Positions 31,101-43,654 of a stretch of 64,000 bases of DNA are shown here, piece after piece. A program made the position numbers and the translations under genes. The stretch comes from Lingula anatina (taxonomy: Eukaryota > Animalia > Brachiopoda), in the NCBI GenBank assembly GCA_051362555.1, contig CM120646.1, positions 7,006,001-7,070,000 on the forward strand, in the 5' to 3' direction. Below the pieces are notes generated by a model, which worked only from the letters and a program-made list of their open reading frames with translations, was not told the origin of the DNA and did not search any database. The first letter of the stretch is position 1. Every line of letters starts with the position of its first letter.

Positions 31101-31336
31101 ACATTTAATCCTCATATGGCAAACATTTTAAATTTATGAATAACAAAAATAAAATTTTATTAATTAAATGAGATTTAAATAAAATGAAGTTAAAATTCAA
31201 AACACAGTGATGCAGTGGTTCAAGCTTACGCAAGGGGTCCCTCAGCTCTTGCCAATGCTAAGCAGAGTAGAATGCACAAAGTCCACAAAAACCCCAAGGT
31301 GAAAATACCACCTCCCAGGCCAAGTACTAGCGCCAT
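22166..31336 (-). CDS. TMEM218: Transmembrane protein 218 (ciliary transition zone), 112-116 aa
   Basis: Exons 31230-31336, 24194-24293, 22832-22843 (12-nt microexon) and 22166-22297. Protein MALVLGLGGGIFTLGFLWTLCILLCLALARAEG...YDDTIVGR...MEPIYAKPLKKH matches the TMEM218 pattern (VLGxGxGxF...EPIYAKPL). Probable non-coding exon at about 31909-32000. Confidence 0.92.
23009..23560. mobile_element. Older MITE carrying two nested hAT-like MITEs
   Basis: Outer inverted repeat GTCACA..GTGTATACATAAGGCACCATC / GATGGCGCCTTATGTATACAC..TGTGAC. Inner elements at 23042-23210 and 23259-23521. Confidence 0.65.
23042..23210. mobile_element. 169-bp hAT-like MITE with 5-bp TSD
   Basis: CAGGGGCGGAT...ATCCGCCCCTG with TSD CCATC. 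Near-identical to 36283-36451. Confidence 0.9.
24919..28758 (+). mobile_element. HINE-like element, family B, with satellite array, nested in family A
   Basis: 5' AACTAG with palindrome GAGGCG-ATAC-CGCCTC and TGTACCACCAGC. (CGGA)-like microsatellite. 3' hairpin TGTACCGCCAGCG-CTAA-CGCTGGTGGTACA at 28727-28756. The host repeat resumes across the insertion (compare 29071-29140). Confidence 0.8.
25125..27770. repeat. 145-146-bp tandem satellite, about 16 units, with 291- and 582-bp higher-order structure
   Basis: Unit AGGTCAAAGGTCAATTTCAAGGTCAC...CATGGTGAAAAGT. Interrupted once by a block at 25385-25650 that recurs at 27760-28030. Confidence 0.95.
28850..30605. repeat. Near-identical tandem duplication of about 900 bp inside HINE family A
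   Basis: 29160-29705 recurs almost verbatim at 30060-30605. Confidence 0.85.
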
Positions 31337-31994
31337 CTAGGCTGAATGCATTAGTAGTCTGTATCAATTTGTCAGCAGTTCAACAAGACCTTCAAAACAC
31401 ACAAAATATAAAGTACTAGTACTTATTACATTTAAATTATGATTAAATCTATGGAACATGGTAATAACATATAATTACAAATGTAATGGCATGAAAATGT
31501 ATGTACTTTGTCAATCGTGATTATTAGATAATTACATGTAGAAAGAATACACACCTTCTAACATTTTGTTATTTAAACTACTTTTTAAATTTACAAATGT
31601 CGAAGACCCCCACCTTTTCATGTTTTAAATATGCATTCTTGTGCAAGCACATATTTTAAACGATTATAATAAAAGTAAAATAAAAATAAAAGATTACGTC
31701 TGTAAATTTGACTAGTCTACACATTTACGGTATATTGTACATAATGCTAGCATCATACTCAAAACATTGCAGTCAATGATCAAATCAAGAGAACTAGAAT
31801 CGATAAATTAAAAGTTACTACATACGTTGCAATGTTTTCAACATATCTGAAAGTTTCAACAAGTACTGCCATTACAGTTATAAAATAAATAACCACTATT
31901 TATCTCACCTTATCAAATATCACATCTCTGTGGCAGTTTGCTCATACGAATTGATATAATTGACGAGTTCCCACAAAATGCAGCTTACTTGTTT

Positions 31995-32600
31995 GAAAAT
32001 GGCGGAAGTAGTAACAATGTGACTAGTTCCTTAATTTGAATACCAACTCATAAAAAGCAAAGAACATTGTAAATAACTTTTACATTGGTAAAACCATTAT
32101 ATTTATGATTTATATGAGTAAAATGCATAAATTTCTACGTTGCTATTTATAAAAGTTCAAGTTTGAGATTCAAAAAGAAACCACAAGGAACAAAGCATGG
32201 AATGCAAGTCTCTCGTCTCAACCCATTGCTCACGCAGTTTTTGTCTCAACTGTCACATTCCCTCATGGGCATTTTTCTTTCTTTCATTTAGAACTAATTT
32301 TTTATGGCATTGCAATGAATATTTTCGAAAAATAAAAATATGAAGTTATTCCCTCTTTTCGTCACATGCTGTCAGGTCCAATAATTTTATTAAACGTTCA
32401 TTAAACCAAAATTAAACTATGTTGCTTGATGTTAAGAGCACTGGTTAAGAGGGAGGGGGGAGGGGGAGACCATGAAAAAAGACCAATAATATCGCTATTC
32501 AGATTTGACGTCACAATTAAAAGCGTATAGCTGATGTCACCTTGGAACCCACTGTGACGTCATGATAGAGGTGATAGCACCCTATGTCTCCATAGTTGCA
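31995..32600. promoter_or_regulatory. Divergent promoter region of TMEM218 and the orphan gene: YY1, two CREs, X-box-like site
   Basis: AAAATGGCGG at about 31996-32005. TGACGTCA at 32506-32513 and 32555-32562. GTCTCCATAGTTGC at 32586-32599. Confidence 0.55.
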
Positions 32601-32620
32601 ACTGCTTGGACAAGAGAGAA

Positions 32621-32871
32621 ATGGCCACCAAACACAGCAATAAGAAAGCTATGCAACTGAGTAGCGGTGTGACATTTGGCAATGACTATTTCAAGCCTTA
32701 CACATCGTACAAGCATGACTACATGTCTTGTCCAGCTAACTACAGACCAACGCGATATTGTCCACCGCCATCTCCCGCACAGGTGAATTTTCTTTTCCAC
32801 ATATTTGAATTTGTTCTTTAATTATTGCTAATATTATCGTGTTCATTTACTCTTATAAAATATATCAATAT

Positions 32872-32922
<51 letters not shown>

Positions 32923-34135
32923 TTAAAATCGACGTATTAAAAGTCTATTTGGGTATTTGTTGGAAAAACCTACAGATTTTTACGTTGGTAGCAAAAAAAA
33001 GAAAATTCGACGATAACTTGATAAAGATATATAAACTGTTAAATTTTGTCAAGATTACCTTTTTCAGTCAGTTTTAATGTTGTCTGAATTGTTTCATGGT
33101 AAGTATATACATGGATCTATATCAGGTTCACAGCGGTGATCACCAGTTAGGGTTAATATAGAAAAACAATAAAAGCACACGTATGTATTGGGTACAGGAT
33201 GTGTGCACCGCTTTTGAAACTCCCTGGAAACCAAACAAATAAAAAAAAAACTACTTATCTTTGCTTAATTGTAATTAATTTTGCAGATAATACCAACTGC
33301 GACAGACCGTGAAAACTGTGACAACCGCTGTCGTCACCTGTCACTTCATAAAGATACGTATTCATATTTCGGGCATGAGGTGGCGAGGAACATCTATGAA
33401 GACAGGGTTCAAAATCTTAAGGAGATAAGATACATAAATACCAGTGATTATGTCGGGGCTAGCATGGTAGATTTCTTTCTTAAAATTTATATTTATTTGT
33501 ATGTTTGTCTTTACTTATTTTTTTAATCTTTTCATGTGATTTTTTTTTGTGTAATTTTTTCTATGCTCATTTGTTACGTGTAATTTGAATGGATCTATAC
33601 TCTCTTTCAGCCAATATTACTTTTAAATTAAAAGATATTAATATCTATACATAAGAAGCTCGTCTAGTTGTAACAGAGAGGGAAGACATTTCTTTTCTAT
33701 TGGTAGTATCAGAGTCCACAGATTATATATGCGACACGGGTCCCATATACTTTCAAAATTCAAAGTAAAATATTGTTGTCTAGTTCTTTTTGAAGCCTCG
33801 GGTTAAAGATAAGTTAGAATTCTGTATTAAGTGGCACTTGATCTTAAACCTTCAATCTTAAACCTTCACGATCATTATGTCATTTTTTCTTGTAGATCGG
33901 TAGGCCGCGAAAAATGTTGACTCGCTCCATGATAGACTACAGTAACCCGTTAGCCATGCTAAAGATGCCGTCCAAGATTTCCTATTTCCTTGTTCCGAGA
34001 TACGTGCGTAAAAAGATGTTTGAGCAAGACAGCGTTGGGCTCAGGTACGGTTATAACGTAGTCAACATAAACAGCCATAGCTTAAATTTTTATCCATCAT
34101 TTGAAAAACGACAAAAACATGTAAGAATAAAATGA
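32621..34135 (+). CDS. Uncharacterised basic 193-aa protein with Mn-like motifs (candidate axonemal microtubule inner protein)
   Basis: Exons 32621-32782, 33287-33466 and 33896-34135, phase-0 GT-AG and in frame. Repeated motifs YTSYKHDY, LSLHKDTY and LTRSMIDY. Confidence 0.75.
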
Positions 34136-35643
34136 AAATGAAAAAAATAAATAAAATTTCGACAAGCATTTTTAAAAGTAATCGTCATCGAGCGTCGATA
34201 GAGATATTGAGACCGCCCGGGAGTCGATAGCTTTAGGGGTCTTGTTTTTAGTCCCTGCTGATGTGGTACTATATTCTAAATTCTTTCACGTTTTTAGTAT
34301 GGCGTACCGAGGCTCTCGGATGGGAACGAGCACCGAGACTGGAGAATCGTTTGTATGGCCGTCTAGAAACCTGTACACTAACAAACATGGAAGAAGAAGC
34401 TACATTAAAAGTTAATGCTAGTAGCGATGATTTATATTTTGTTAATATTATTTCAGTTTTGACTTTACTTAATTCGACATAGAAAAAAAAAGCATGCTGG
34501 AACGTTGGTCAAATAGGTCTAAACAGCTGTACATGTAAGCTGTCTTAATATTTGTGTAAAAAAAACTACTTGAAACTTATATTTGTAATTGTGATAAAAA
34601 TTTTATGTGAAGTCTGACCATTCGTTTAACTCACTTCTCGTCAAAATATTTTTTGGTTATTGTTTTGTGCGTATAATGAAATACGATTGAGCCAGACACG
34701 ATGAGCTGCGTTGCACAAGGATGTAAATAAAACTTTTAACTGCTATTTTATTTATTGAAGATATATAATCAGATTTCAATTCTGTGGCGGTGTTTGCCTA
34801 ATATAACTCCATGATAATTTATATATACATATAAGACAGTAATATAATAAATGTTTGTTTAGTCTCACAGTGTGTATGTGTTTGATATTCAAGGTATTCA
34901 AGAAAATGACTGTAACATATCTATGGGTGATCTTAAAAATGTGGAATTATCATTTTCCTCTACAACATAGAGTACAGGTGACATTGATAATTTCATCAGA
35001 AAAGAAGGTGACATTAATTATTTCATCAGAAAACTGCCATTTTCTCTTAAGATCATTTATGTTTATTGAAAAATTACTGACAAAATTACATACATACACA
35101 CACACAAATATTCATGTATAAATATACTATAATATTTCTGAATCAAAGTTTTGAAGAAGGTCCAAAATTCAGTGTCAGAAACTTTAACACTCTACATGTA
35201 TGTCATGTACAGTGAAGGGGTTAACTGATACACTGAACTGAAACACATTCAACCTTTAACCCCTTTGGTAATTTTTTTTATGCAGTACCACATATACAGT
35301 GTATAGATCCCTTACTCTTTTCCCCACATTCCAATACTGCAGTGTGAACACAAAGCTTAGATACTACAGATACTATTCTCATTTCACAGCACATGATTTG
35401 CCCTCCGCACCAGCAGAGGGGGCTTTGGGCCAATTGTAGGCCAAATTTAAGTCACAGGTCAACAGAACCAGCTCTGTTTTGTGACCGAAAATGGAGTCAT
35501 TGTCCCTTTGTTTGCAGCTGCACAAAGCTGTTTTAGGTACCAACTTGTAGGTGTGACCCACCGCAATAGAAGTATAGAAACTTCTCAAAAAGTTGTGTTT
35601 AAGTACCCAATATATTATGAATGGAGCCATCTTATGGTGATAT

Positions 35644-35912
35644 TTAGGCTATTCCTCTTGGTATTATAAATGATATGTAGTCAGCTGTGGCTCCCCAGCT
35701 AGCTCTGTATAGTTGAAACAATGTCACCCAGGTAATGAAGATAGCTGTCCATATTATTGCTCCTATTAATGACTTGATTACATCTGAAATAACAAGGAAG
35801 AAAATAATGACAATAACATGCATGAGTGACAGAGGACATTTACTTGAGTAACTATGTTAGCTATTTGAGTGTCCAAATGTATTGAAGTGTGGGTGTGTGT
35901 GTGTGTGTGTGT

Positions 35913-35971
<59 letters not shown>

Positions 35972-36716
35972 GGGGGAGGGGAGAGAAGGAATATGCTTAC
36001 ATGATCTAATCTGTTGCTGCTGTTCATAGTGTTGTTTGATAAAGGCCTCTTTGAAAAACCACACAAAATTGACCACCCACAGGAAAGGAAGGAGTGCAAA
36101 ACCACCTGCAACACAATAACATAAATTTATATTCATTTACCATGGTCTACAACATACATTTACATGACAAAATAAATAAAAGGGTCTTTAATTAGAGATC
36201 TATGTAAAATATCAAGATTTATAAGTGAATGTTTTACTAACCAATGATTAATATCTATACTAGTATTATAGATTATGACTACCAGGGGCGGATCCAGAGA
36301 TATTTTCTGACAGTCTTCCATATTATATTTGTTGGTCCATCCTCCATTTTTTGACCGTCTTCCGACAGAAAAAATTAGATACCCGTCAATGTAAACTTGA
36401 AAATCTGACCGTCTTCCGGAAGACCCAGAAGACGGCCTAAATCCGCCCCTGACTACCATCTTCAAAATGAATTTAAGTAACATAACCCATTTTCTCTGGC
36501 TTTAGTCTCTCTTTAATCTAACTGATTAAAAACTTTCATTCTGACCCCATTCAATATTTAAAATACTAGTAATATTCCACTGTAATATCATTCTATACTT
36601 TAATGGTTGTATTCGAGAGAGAGTCTCTGACTTGGAATAGGTCTTGTTGTCTTACCATAGAAGTATTTTTTGCAAAGCTCCACTTTGTCCTCTACCTTCA
36701 TTTTCTGGAGATCCAT
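35644..36716 (-). CDS. PSENEN: Gamma-secretase subunit PEN-2, 101 aa
   Basis: Exons 36656-36716, 36001-36105, 35644-35783. [42 protein letters not shown]...[10 protein letters not shown]. Acceptor at 36723 and a donor at about 43320 imply a non-coding first exon near 43321-43430. Confidence 0.97.
36283..36451. mobile_element. 169-bp hAT-like MITE with 5-bp TSD
   Basis: Same element as 23042-23210, with TSD ACTAC. A decayed relative lies at about 37050-37215. Confidence 0.9.
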
Positions 36717-37453
36717 ATTTTCCTAGGATAATGAAATAGCATTAATATGCATGAAGCCTCGATTTGTAACACAATGAGTATTAATGTCAGCTCATAAACA
36801 ACTTAACACGAAGATGAAAATTAACATACACGAAGCATGAAATTTTCGTGGACAGTATTAGAAACTTAGAGGAAGTAATTAAACAAGGCAGCAAAGCTGT
36901 CAAATGTACAGACAAAAAACAGAAAATAAAGATGCAAAAAAGGTCATTTTGTTAATTTTGATGCAATAATAAATAATGCTTATAATAGCACTATCAGTCA
37001 ACACTGAATTTTATAATCATGCACAACAGGTAAAATGGTCAATAACATGAGCGGACCCAGAGATATTCTCTGACAGTATTCCAAAGTATCTATTTTGATC
37101 CATCCTCCATTTTGATGGTCTTCCAACAGAAGAAAAAATAGATACCAGGCAATATAAACTTAATAACCTGACTGTCTTCCGGAAGTCCCAGAAGATGGTC
37201 TCAATCTACCCTTTCAATAAGATTACAGTTTCAGGACCATGAGAGTTCAAATTCACATGATGTAAGTCTCAATATTTGAAAAATGATGACAGTGCATAAA
37301 ATAATATTACATAAGTAACATAATGTTTAAAGACATAAAAAACAATACAACTGCTTATGTGGAAATACAGAAATGTCAGAGTCTCAGGCGGATGAGAGTT
37401 AAAAGTCACAAATGCAAGTGTTTGAGAAAAAATTATAAAGGAAAACATAACAA

Positions 37454-37639
37454 AACTAGAAAAGCACTCCGAGAGTGCAGACCTCTGCCAAGGTAGCAAT
37501 TGTTGATTATTATTGATTTTTGTCCTCTTTGGCCCACTTCTGACAGTTCCTGAAAATTTCAGCAAAATCGGTCCATAACTTTTTGAGTTATGTTGATGAC
37601 AAACAGGGGTGAAAATATAACCTCCTTGGCAGAGGTAAA
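37454..37639 (+). mobile_element. Short HINE-like element, family C
   Basis: AACTAGAAAAGCACTC-CGA-GAGTGC start. Inverted repeat ACCTCTGCCAAGG / CCTTGGCAGAGGT. 3' hairpin. Confidence 0.65.
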
Positions 37640-37684
37640 TATAATTCCAATGAAGCTGCTATTCAAACTTTTAATCTTTCAGTT

Positions 37685-37686
<2 letters not shown>

Positions 37687-37774
<88 letters not shown>
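37687..37774. repeat. (AT)n microsatellite
   Basis: Direct reading. Confidence 0.95.
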
Positions 37775-37776
<2 letters not shown>

Positions 37777-38861
37777 CTTATTTGCAATATTAAACAAAAT
37801 TTACCTGCATAATTATCACTGCTTCCTTATTATTAATCTAGCAGAGAGCTTAACCTATGGGAGTTTACAGGGAAATATCAACAAGTGTGCTTTATGTAAT
37901 CTCAAATCACAAGTGTGCTTTATGTAGCCTATCAATTAGGCAAATTACTTTATAACTGAAATTAGCGAAGTGATACCCAAGGGAAATTTATAGACTGACC
38001 CTCTCAAAGGTCTTTCAGGCCCATAAGTCACAACTTAAGAAGAGCACAAAACAATAATGCACAAAATAGGAGACTACCACTTCTGATGCAATAATACATT
38101 ATGTTTAACTGCACAGTCAACATCAAATTTTAATTTTGCACAACAGGTAACACCGACGAAAGTAAAAGCATAAGGCTTCAGGCCCATCAGAGTTCAAGTT
38201 TATACTTAGAAAGTGCCAGAATGAGAAAAATGAAATTTCACACAAAATTGCATTAAATTCAATAATAAATGATAACCCAATTGACCTGGCTTTCTAATTT
38301 GAACTGCATGCATATCCTAAAAATCATACTCTTAAGTTAAATATAATAATAAATAACACAGTTTTCTTTTCATAATGTTTGCAGTAGCAGTGCAAAAAGA
38401 TTATTGTCAATTTTGATGTAACATTACATAATAAATTATAGAATAATTATCACCAATTTTTGATTATTGACTATAAATAGCATGAACATGTAGAAAATTT
38501 GATTACCATCCGGCTTCATGTCCATGGGAGCTCCGAGTCCCACAATGAATATGCCAAAAAGATAATGAATATTTCACTAAAATGTATAACTTCCAGAAAA
38601 AGAAGCCCATTAGACTGCTTTTCCAACTTGGGCTGCATTTTAGTCCTGTGTTTCTTTTTTGAAAGTTTGACAATCATAAGTAACACGGTTTTCCCATCAT
38701 GGTCATCATGGCAGATGTGGATGATTGAATCTGACAAACTGCAATGATATGAGTTTATTTCCGTTTTGGACACTTGATTACACAATACATGATAACAAGT
38801 TTACCATCATTTTTACATAATCAACTAACAATGTTGTAAAGATGCAGGAAATATCAAACAA

Positions 38862-40556
38862 CAGACATGCTGAAACTGTCGGTCCGATCGGTCATGACCG
38901 GCAAAATTTGTCTGGACCGGTAAAATATTGTACTTTGTCGGTCCAAAGGACCGACAAGAGTTTTAAGAGCCGCCATTTTGAATTAACAGTTAGCGTTCGA
39001 TGTGCTTCAGAAATAAAATTATATAAAATCCACATCATTTTTTCATCCATTTACTAATCTAGTGACACGTAAAAATGACCACATTTCGGTCACATTCACT
39101 TACAAAGTAGGCTAGCCAATCGTATTATCCCTCTCTCAAACGAATGGGTTCTTCCCCATGGGGAATCCCCCTGCTAGCCAATCGTATTATCCCTCTCTCA
39201 AACGAATGGGTTCTTCCCCATGGGGAATCCCCCTGCTCTCGATAATTACGCGCCCCGTCATTGGTATATTGGCCGCGACACACAGACAGCTATCACGAGG
39301 GCGGTCCACGCTGCCAAGCACATGTAAACATGCAGGAAAAAATGTTTACTGCTTAACTTGGACGCCTGACTCCTTTCTCAAGAACAATCATTCATATAGG
39401 AACCAAGGATAATGACGCCTGACCTTCGAAGGTACGTATACATCGTTATTCGTTCTTTTAGGGAGAAAAAAGCGTTGATAGTAGCCTACATGGAAATGAG
39501 GTCACCCGATTCACTCAGCAAAAACGATTTCAGAATTATAGGACTGAATATTATGCGTAATCAATGGTGATTGTAACGATATTTAACTAATGGGTACTTT
39601 CGTTTGCATTCAGCTAATATGCGGCAGTGCCTTCCGCATTGCGACGTTTTACGTAAAAAAAAGTTTGACAGTTCGGTCGCTTCCTCGAACCTACCGAAAA
39701 AACTCGATCCGTGGTGTATGAACAAAATGGTTCACAGATTTTAAATATCCCGTAAGCATAAACGCGATACCTGTTACCAGTACCAGTTACAGTTTTCATA
39801 TTATCAGTATGTACATTTTTATTATTTTAGATTATGATATCGTCGAGTCCTGACCGGGAAGCCGTTCGTTTCCATGCAGATGAGACAGATACAGTGAAGT
39901 GGCTAGCATGTTTCATGCATTGGCACTCCCATTCGGACTACAATCTTTACTGTTTGTGTAGCATCAAAATTTGCAAATTATTTTCAAGGAAAGGAGAAAT
40001 TGACCAAGAGCAAATTTTGCTACTGTTGAACAGTGGAAATGAGTTTTTGTTCATTTAATTTTTTATCAAATTCATTTCAATTTGAAACAATATTAATTTT
40101 TTTGAGAAATTGATCATGATAAAATTTATAATTAACCTAAATTTATGACAGGGATGTGAAATATATGATGAATTTCTTTAAGCCGTACGTGCACTATTGA
40201 ATTAAAGGACAAAGGACTAAGTGTGAAATTCAAGGACTTTCAAAGGAAGAAACAAAATCAAGCTCTTCTAAAGGCCTGTATGAACCCTGGAACTTGTGAA
40301 ATGAGTACAACAATAAAGCAGTGCTTCACAAGTGTGTGTTTTTGGTTTTTTTTAAATTTACAACATGTCCAAATTATTTAATAGTATTACTGAATATGTA
40401 TTTACAAGAGTTACTTCTCTGTACTACTATGCAAACAAAACGTTTCCATTATTGAATGGACATTTTCGGTCCGGCAAAAGTCCATTCGGTCCGGCAAAGT
40501 TTTCATCACTGCCGGTCCGAATGTCCGGCAGTTCTGAAAAGTTTTCAGCATGTCTG
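38862..40556. mobile_element. hAT-like non-autonomous element, 1695 bp, with 6-bp TSD
   Basis: 14-bp TIR CAGACATGCTGAAA. TSD AAACAA. Empty site visible in the paralogous repeat at about 29495-29510. Subterminal GGTCCG repeats and an internal tandem duplication of about 62 bp at 39111-39235. Confidence 0.88.
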
Positions 40557-42119
40557 AAACAAACACTTTTACGTATCTTATTAGTTCAATAATAAGACTG
40601 TTAACATGCCTAAGAATTGAATCTGAGGAAATTTGAAAAAACAGTACAACTTCTAAAATAATGGCCCGATAACGCTGATTTTCGAACTCAACCTGCATTT
40701 TTGTAAGATTGACCACTCCTGTGAGTATAATGACAATTGGCTAAGCTGTTTTTCTTATATTGTGTTATTAATGTTGCATATATGTTGAAAAAAGTGAAAA
40801 AACAGCATAAAAAAATTAAAAGAAAATGTAAAATAAAACATAACAAAAAATACCAATAAAGCTGCTATTCAAACTTTTAATCTAGCTGTACAATTACTAA
40901 CATGATATGAATAACCCTATTGAGTTTGAGAATAATAAGGCACTGTTATTCATCTTTAGCATTAATGTAAGCGTTACACAAAATTTTTTTTGTAAACTTA
41001 TTTTCCATATTAAATAACATTTACCTGCATAATAATCATCGATTCCTAATTATGTGACACAGTAAAGAAAGCTAAACCGATGGGACTTTACAATGAAATC
41101 TCAATGTGTGTTTATGTAATCTCATTTAATACCCACTTGAAAATTAATTAAGCAAATTATTTTATAACCCTGAAATAACTTGAAAATCAATTAAGCAAAT
41201 TATTTTATAACCCTGAATTAACTGCCTACTATCCATATACATTTATTGCACCAAATAGCACTGTACTGCATTGCTTTCAAAACAGAAAACAATTACGATG
41301 GTTTTCCAACACAAGCTGCACTTCAGTCTTTTCAGTAAGGTTGATTATCATAAGTAACATGGTTTTCCCTTAATTGCTATCCTGGCAGCAGTGTCCAAAA
41401 TAGGGTTTTCTTTAACTTTCATGCAATATAACATAATACTTAACAGCATAATGACCATCAAATTTTTTATAAAAAAATAAAAGTATCATGGATATTCAGA
41501 AAATGTGATATGGAAAGGTCTCCAAGGACATGGAAGTTAGGGTCACACTTTCAAAATGCCAAAATGTTAACAAGAGATAACTGTACTGAAATGATTTTCT
41601 TTCCATTTTCAACACCTTTTTTACATAAAACCATCATCAATTAACTGTCATTTTTAAATGATCAACTAGGAAAATTGTTGACATAGGAAAAATATCAATA
41701 GAACAATTTATAATGTCCAATTAGCTCCATTTGGAGATTCTGAACATAGTAAATGATTGAATCTGATGAACTGCAATGATGAGTTCCTTTCCATTTTTGA
41801 TACTTTATTACACAATGCAGGATAATAGGTTTACTGTCATTTTTATATAATCAACTAACAATATTGTTATGAAGCAGAAAATGTTAAAACAACACTTTAA
41901 CATATCCAATTAGTACCGTTATGAGACTGTTAACATGCTTAAGAATTAAATCTGAAGAAAAACCACTTATATACAAAAAGGCTAATAACTTCGTCAAAAC
42001 TTAACTGATCAAGCTTATTTTCAAACTTGATCTGTATACTGGTCAGATTGATCACTCCTGTGAGTTGCAAGACAAAAGGCTGATTGGTTTTCCTTAAAAT
42101 GCGTTATCAGTGTTGCATG

Positions 42120-43100
42120 TATGCTGAATAAAGGGAAAAAAAACAGCATTACTTTTGTAAAAATAGTCCAATCATGCCAATTTTCAAACTTGACCTGCGT
42201 ATTATAAATATTCACCAGTTCTGTAAATTTCAATCCAAGGAAAGGAAAAACATTTTTACACTTATCATGTTATCGGTGTTATAAAAGTGCTGAAAAAATT
42301 GAAAAAAAAAAAAAAAAAAACAGGATAACTTCCATAAAAATTGCCCGATCTTGCTGATTTTCAAACTTGACCTGCGTATTATGAATATTCATTAGTTCTG
42401 TAAGTTTCAAGCCAAATGAAAAAACTGTTTTCCACTTATTGTGTTATCAGTGCTGCATATATGCTGAAAAAAGTGAAAAAACAGCATAAATTCCCTAACA
42501 ATAATCGAATCATGCTGATTTTCGAACTTGACTTGCGTATTATGAATATTTATCAGTTCTGCAAGTTTCAAGCCAAAAGGTAAATTGGTTTTCCACTTAT
42601 GGTGTTATCGGTGCTGCATATATGCTGAAAAAAAGTGAAAAAACAGCATAAATTCCCTAAAAATGACCCAATCATGCTGATTTTCGAACTTGACCTGTGT
42701 ATTATGAATATTAATCAGTTTTGTAAGTTTCAAGCCAAAAGGTAGAATGGTTTTCCACTTATCATGTTATCGGTGCTGCATATATGCTGAAAAAGTGAAA
42801 AAACAGCATAAATTCCCTAAAAATGGCCCAATCATGCCGATTTTCGAACTTGACCTGCATATTATGAATATTCATCAGTTCTGTAAGTTTCAAGTCAAAA
42901 GGTACAATGGTTTTCCACTTATCGTGTTATCCGTGCTGCATATATGTTGAAAAAAGTGAAAAAACAGCATAAATTCCCTAAGAGTGACCCGATCATGCTG
43001 ATTTTCGAACTTGACCTGCGTATTATGAATATTCATCAGTTCTGCAAGTTTCAAATCAAAAGGCAAAATGGTTTTCCACTTATCGTGTTATCGGTAAAAG
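42120..43100. repeat. Tandem satellite units of about 160 bp within the HINE
   Basis: TGCATATATGCTGAAAAA...TTCGAACTTGACCTGCG recurs at about 42455, 42615, 42778 and 42938. Confidence 0.9.
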
Positions 43101-43320
43101 TGCACGGCGACGGCGACGACGGCGACGACGGCGACAGCGACGACGGCGACGGCGACGACAGACGCAGATGATGGCTATATGTACAGACACATCTGTGTCT
43201 GTACATAAAAATACAACAGTCTCAGTCTCACAAAATGTCTTTCATGAAGTATAATTTGATTTCCACCAGTAAGTCCGCTTAGTGCTCAGCTATTTTAACA
43301 AACCTTACAAGGTATCCTAC

Positions 43321-43654
43321 CTTACTGGACTTCTACTTGGAATTGAACGTGGCTTTTAATAGTTTCTACGAACAGTTTTATCGATAAGTAAAGTTTTAGA
43401 AGCCTGACTAACACTTCCACCTTGTGCTTCCGTGTGTAGTGTGAAGTACGTCATCAAATTGTGCTTACCCATGTTATTTTAACGAAAATAAGCGAACATA
43501 TTTAATGTAATAATTTAAGATCAAAATACACAAAAAAATCCGATTTAGATATTTTTTGCAGTGTTTCTTAATTTTCCAGTTAATTTTCTAAAATCTTCAT
43601 AATGGCATTAATTTCAACGAGAAAAAGCGAGATTTGTATTGGAAGCTTGGTAAA
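43321..43654. promoter_or_regulatory. Bidirectional promoter of PSENEN and U2AF1
   Basis: PSENEN 5' UTR donor at about 43320 (-) and U2AF1 ATG at 43655 (+). CTTCCG and TACGTCA motifs. AAAATGGCGG at the U2AF1 start. Confidence 0.65.

Larger units (their letters stand above)
36881..43211 (+). mobile_element. HINE-like element, family A copy 2, filling PSENEN intron 1
   Basis: Same 5' end and identical 3' hairpin (43178-43207) as 24490-31057. Tandem units of about 160 bp at 42120-43100. (GGCGAC)n microsatellite. Confidence 0.8.

Noticed and set aside
30595-31115. ORFs with DADADA / MPMPMP repeats (similarly 42747-43171)
   Set aside because: Translations of HINE satellite units and microsatellites.
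35410-35423. CTCF-like motif CCAGCAGAGGGGGC between convergent genes
   Set aside because: A single imperfect match that cannot be distinguished from chance without ChIP data.
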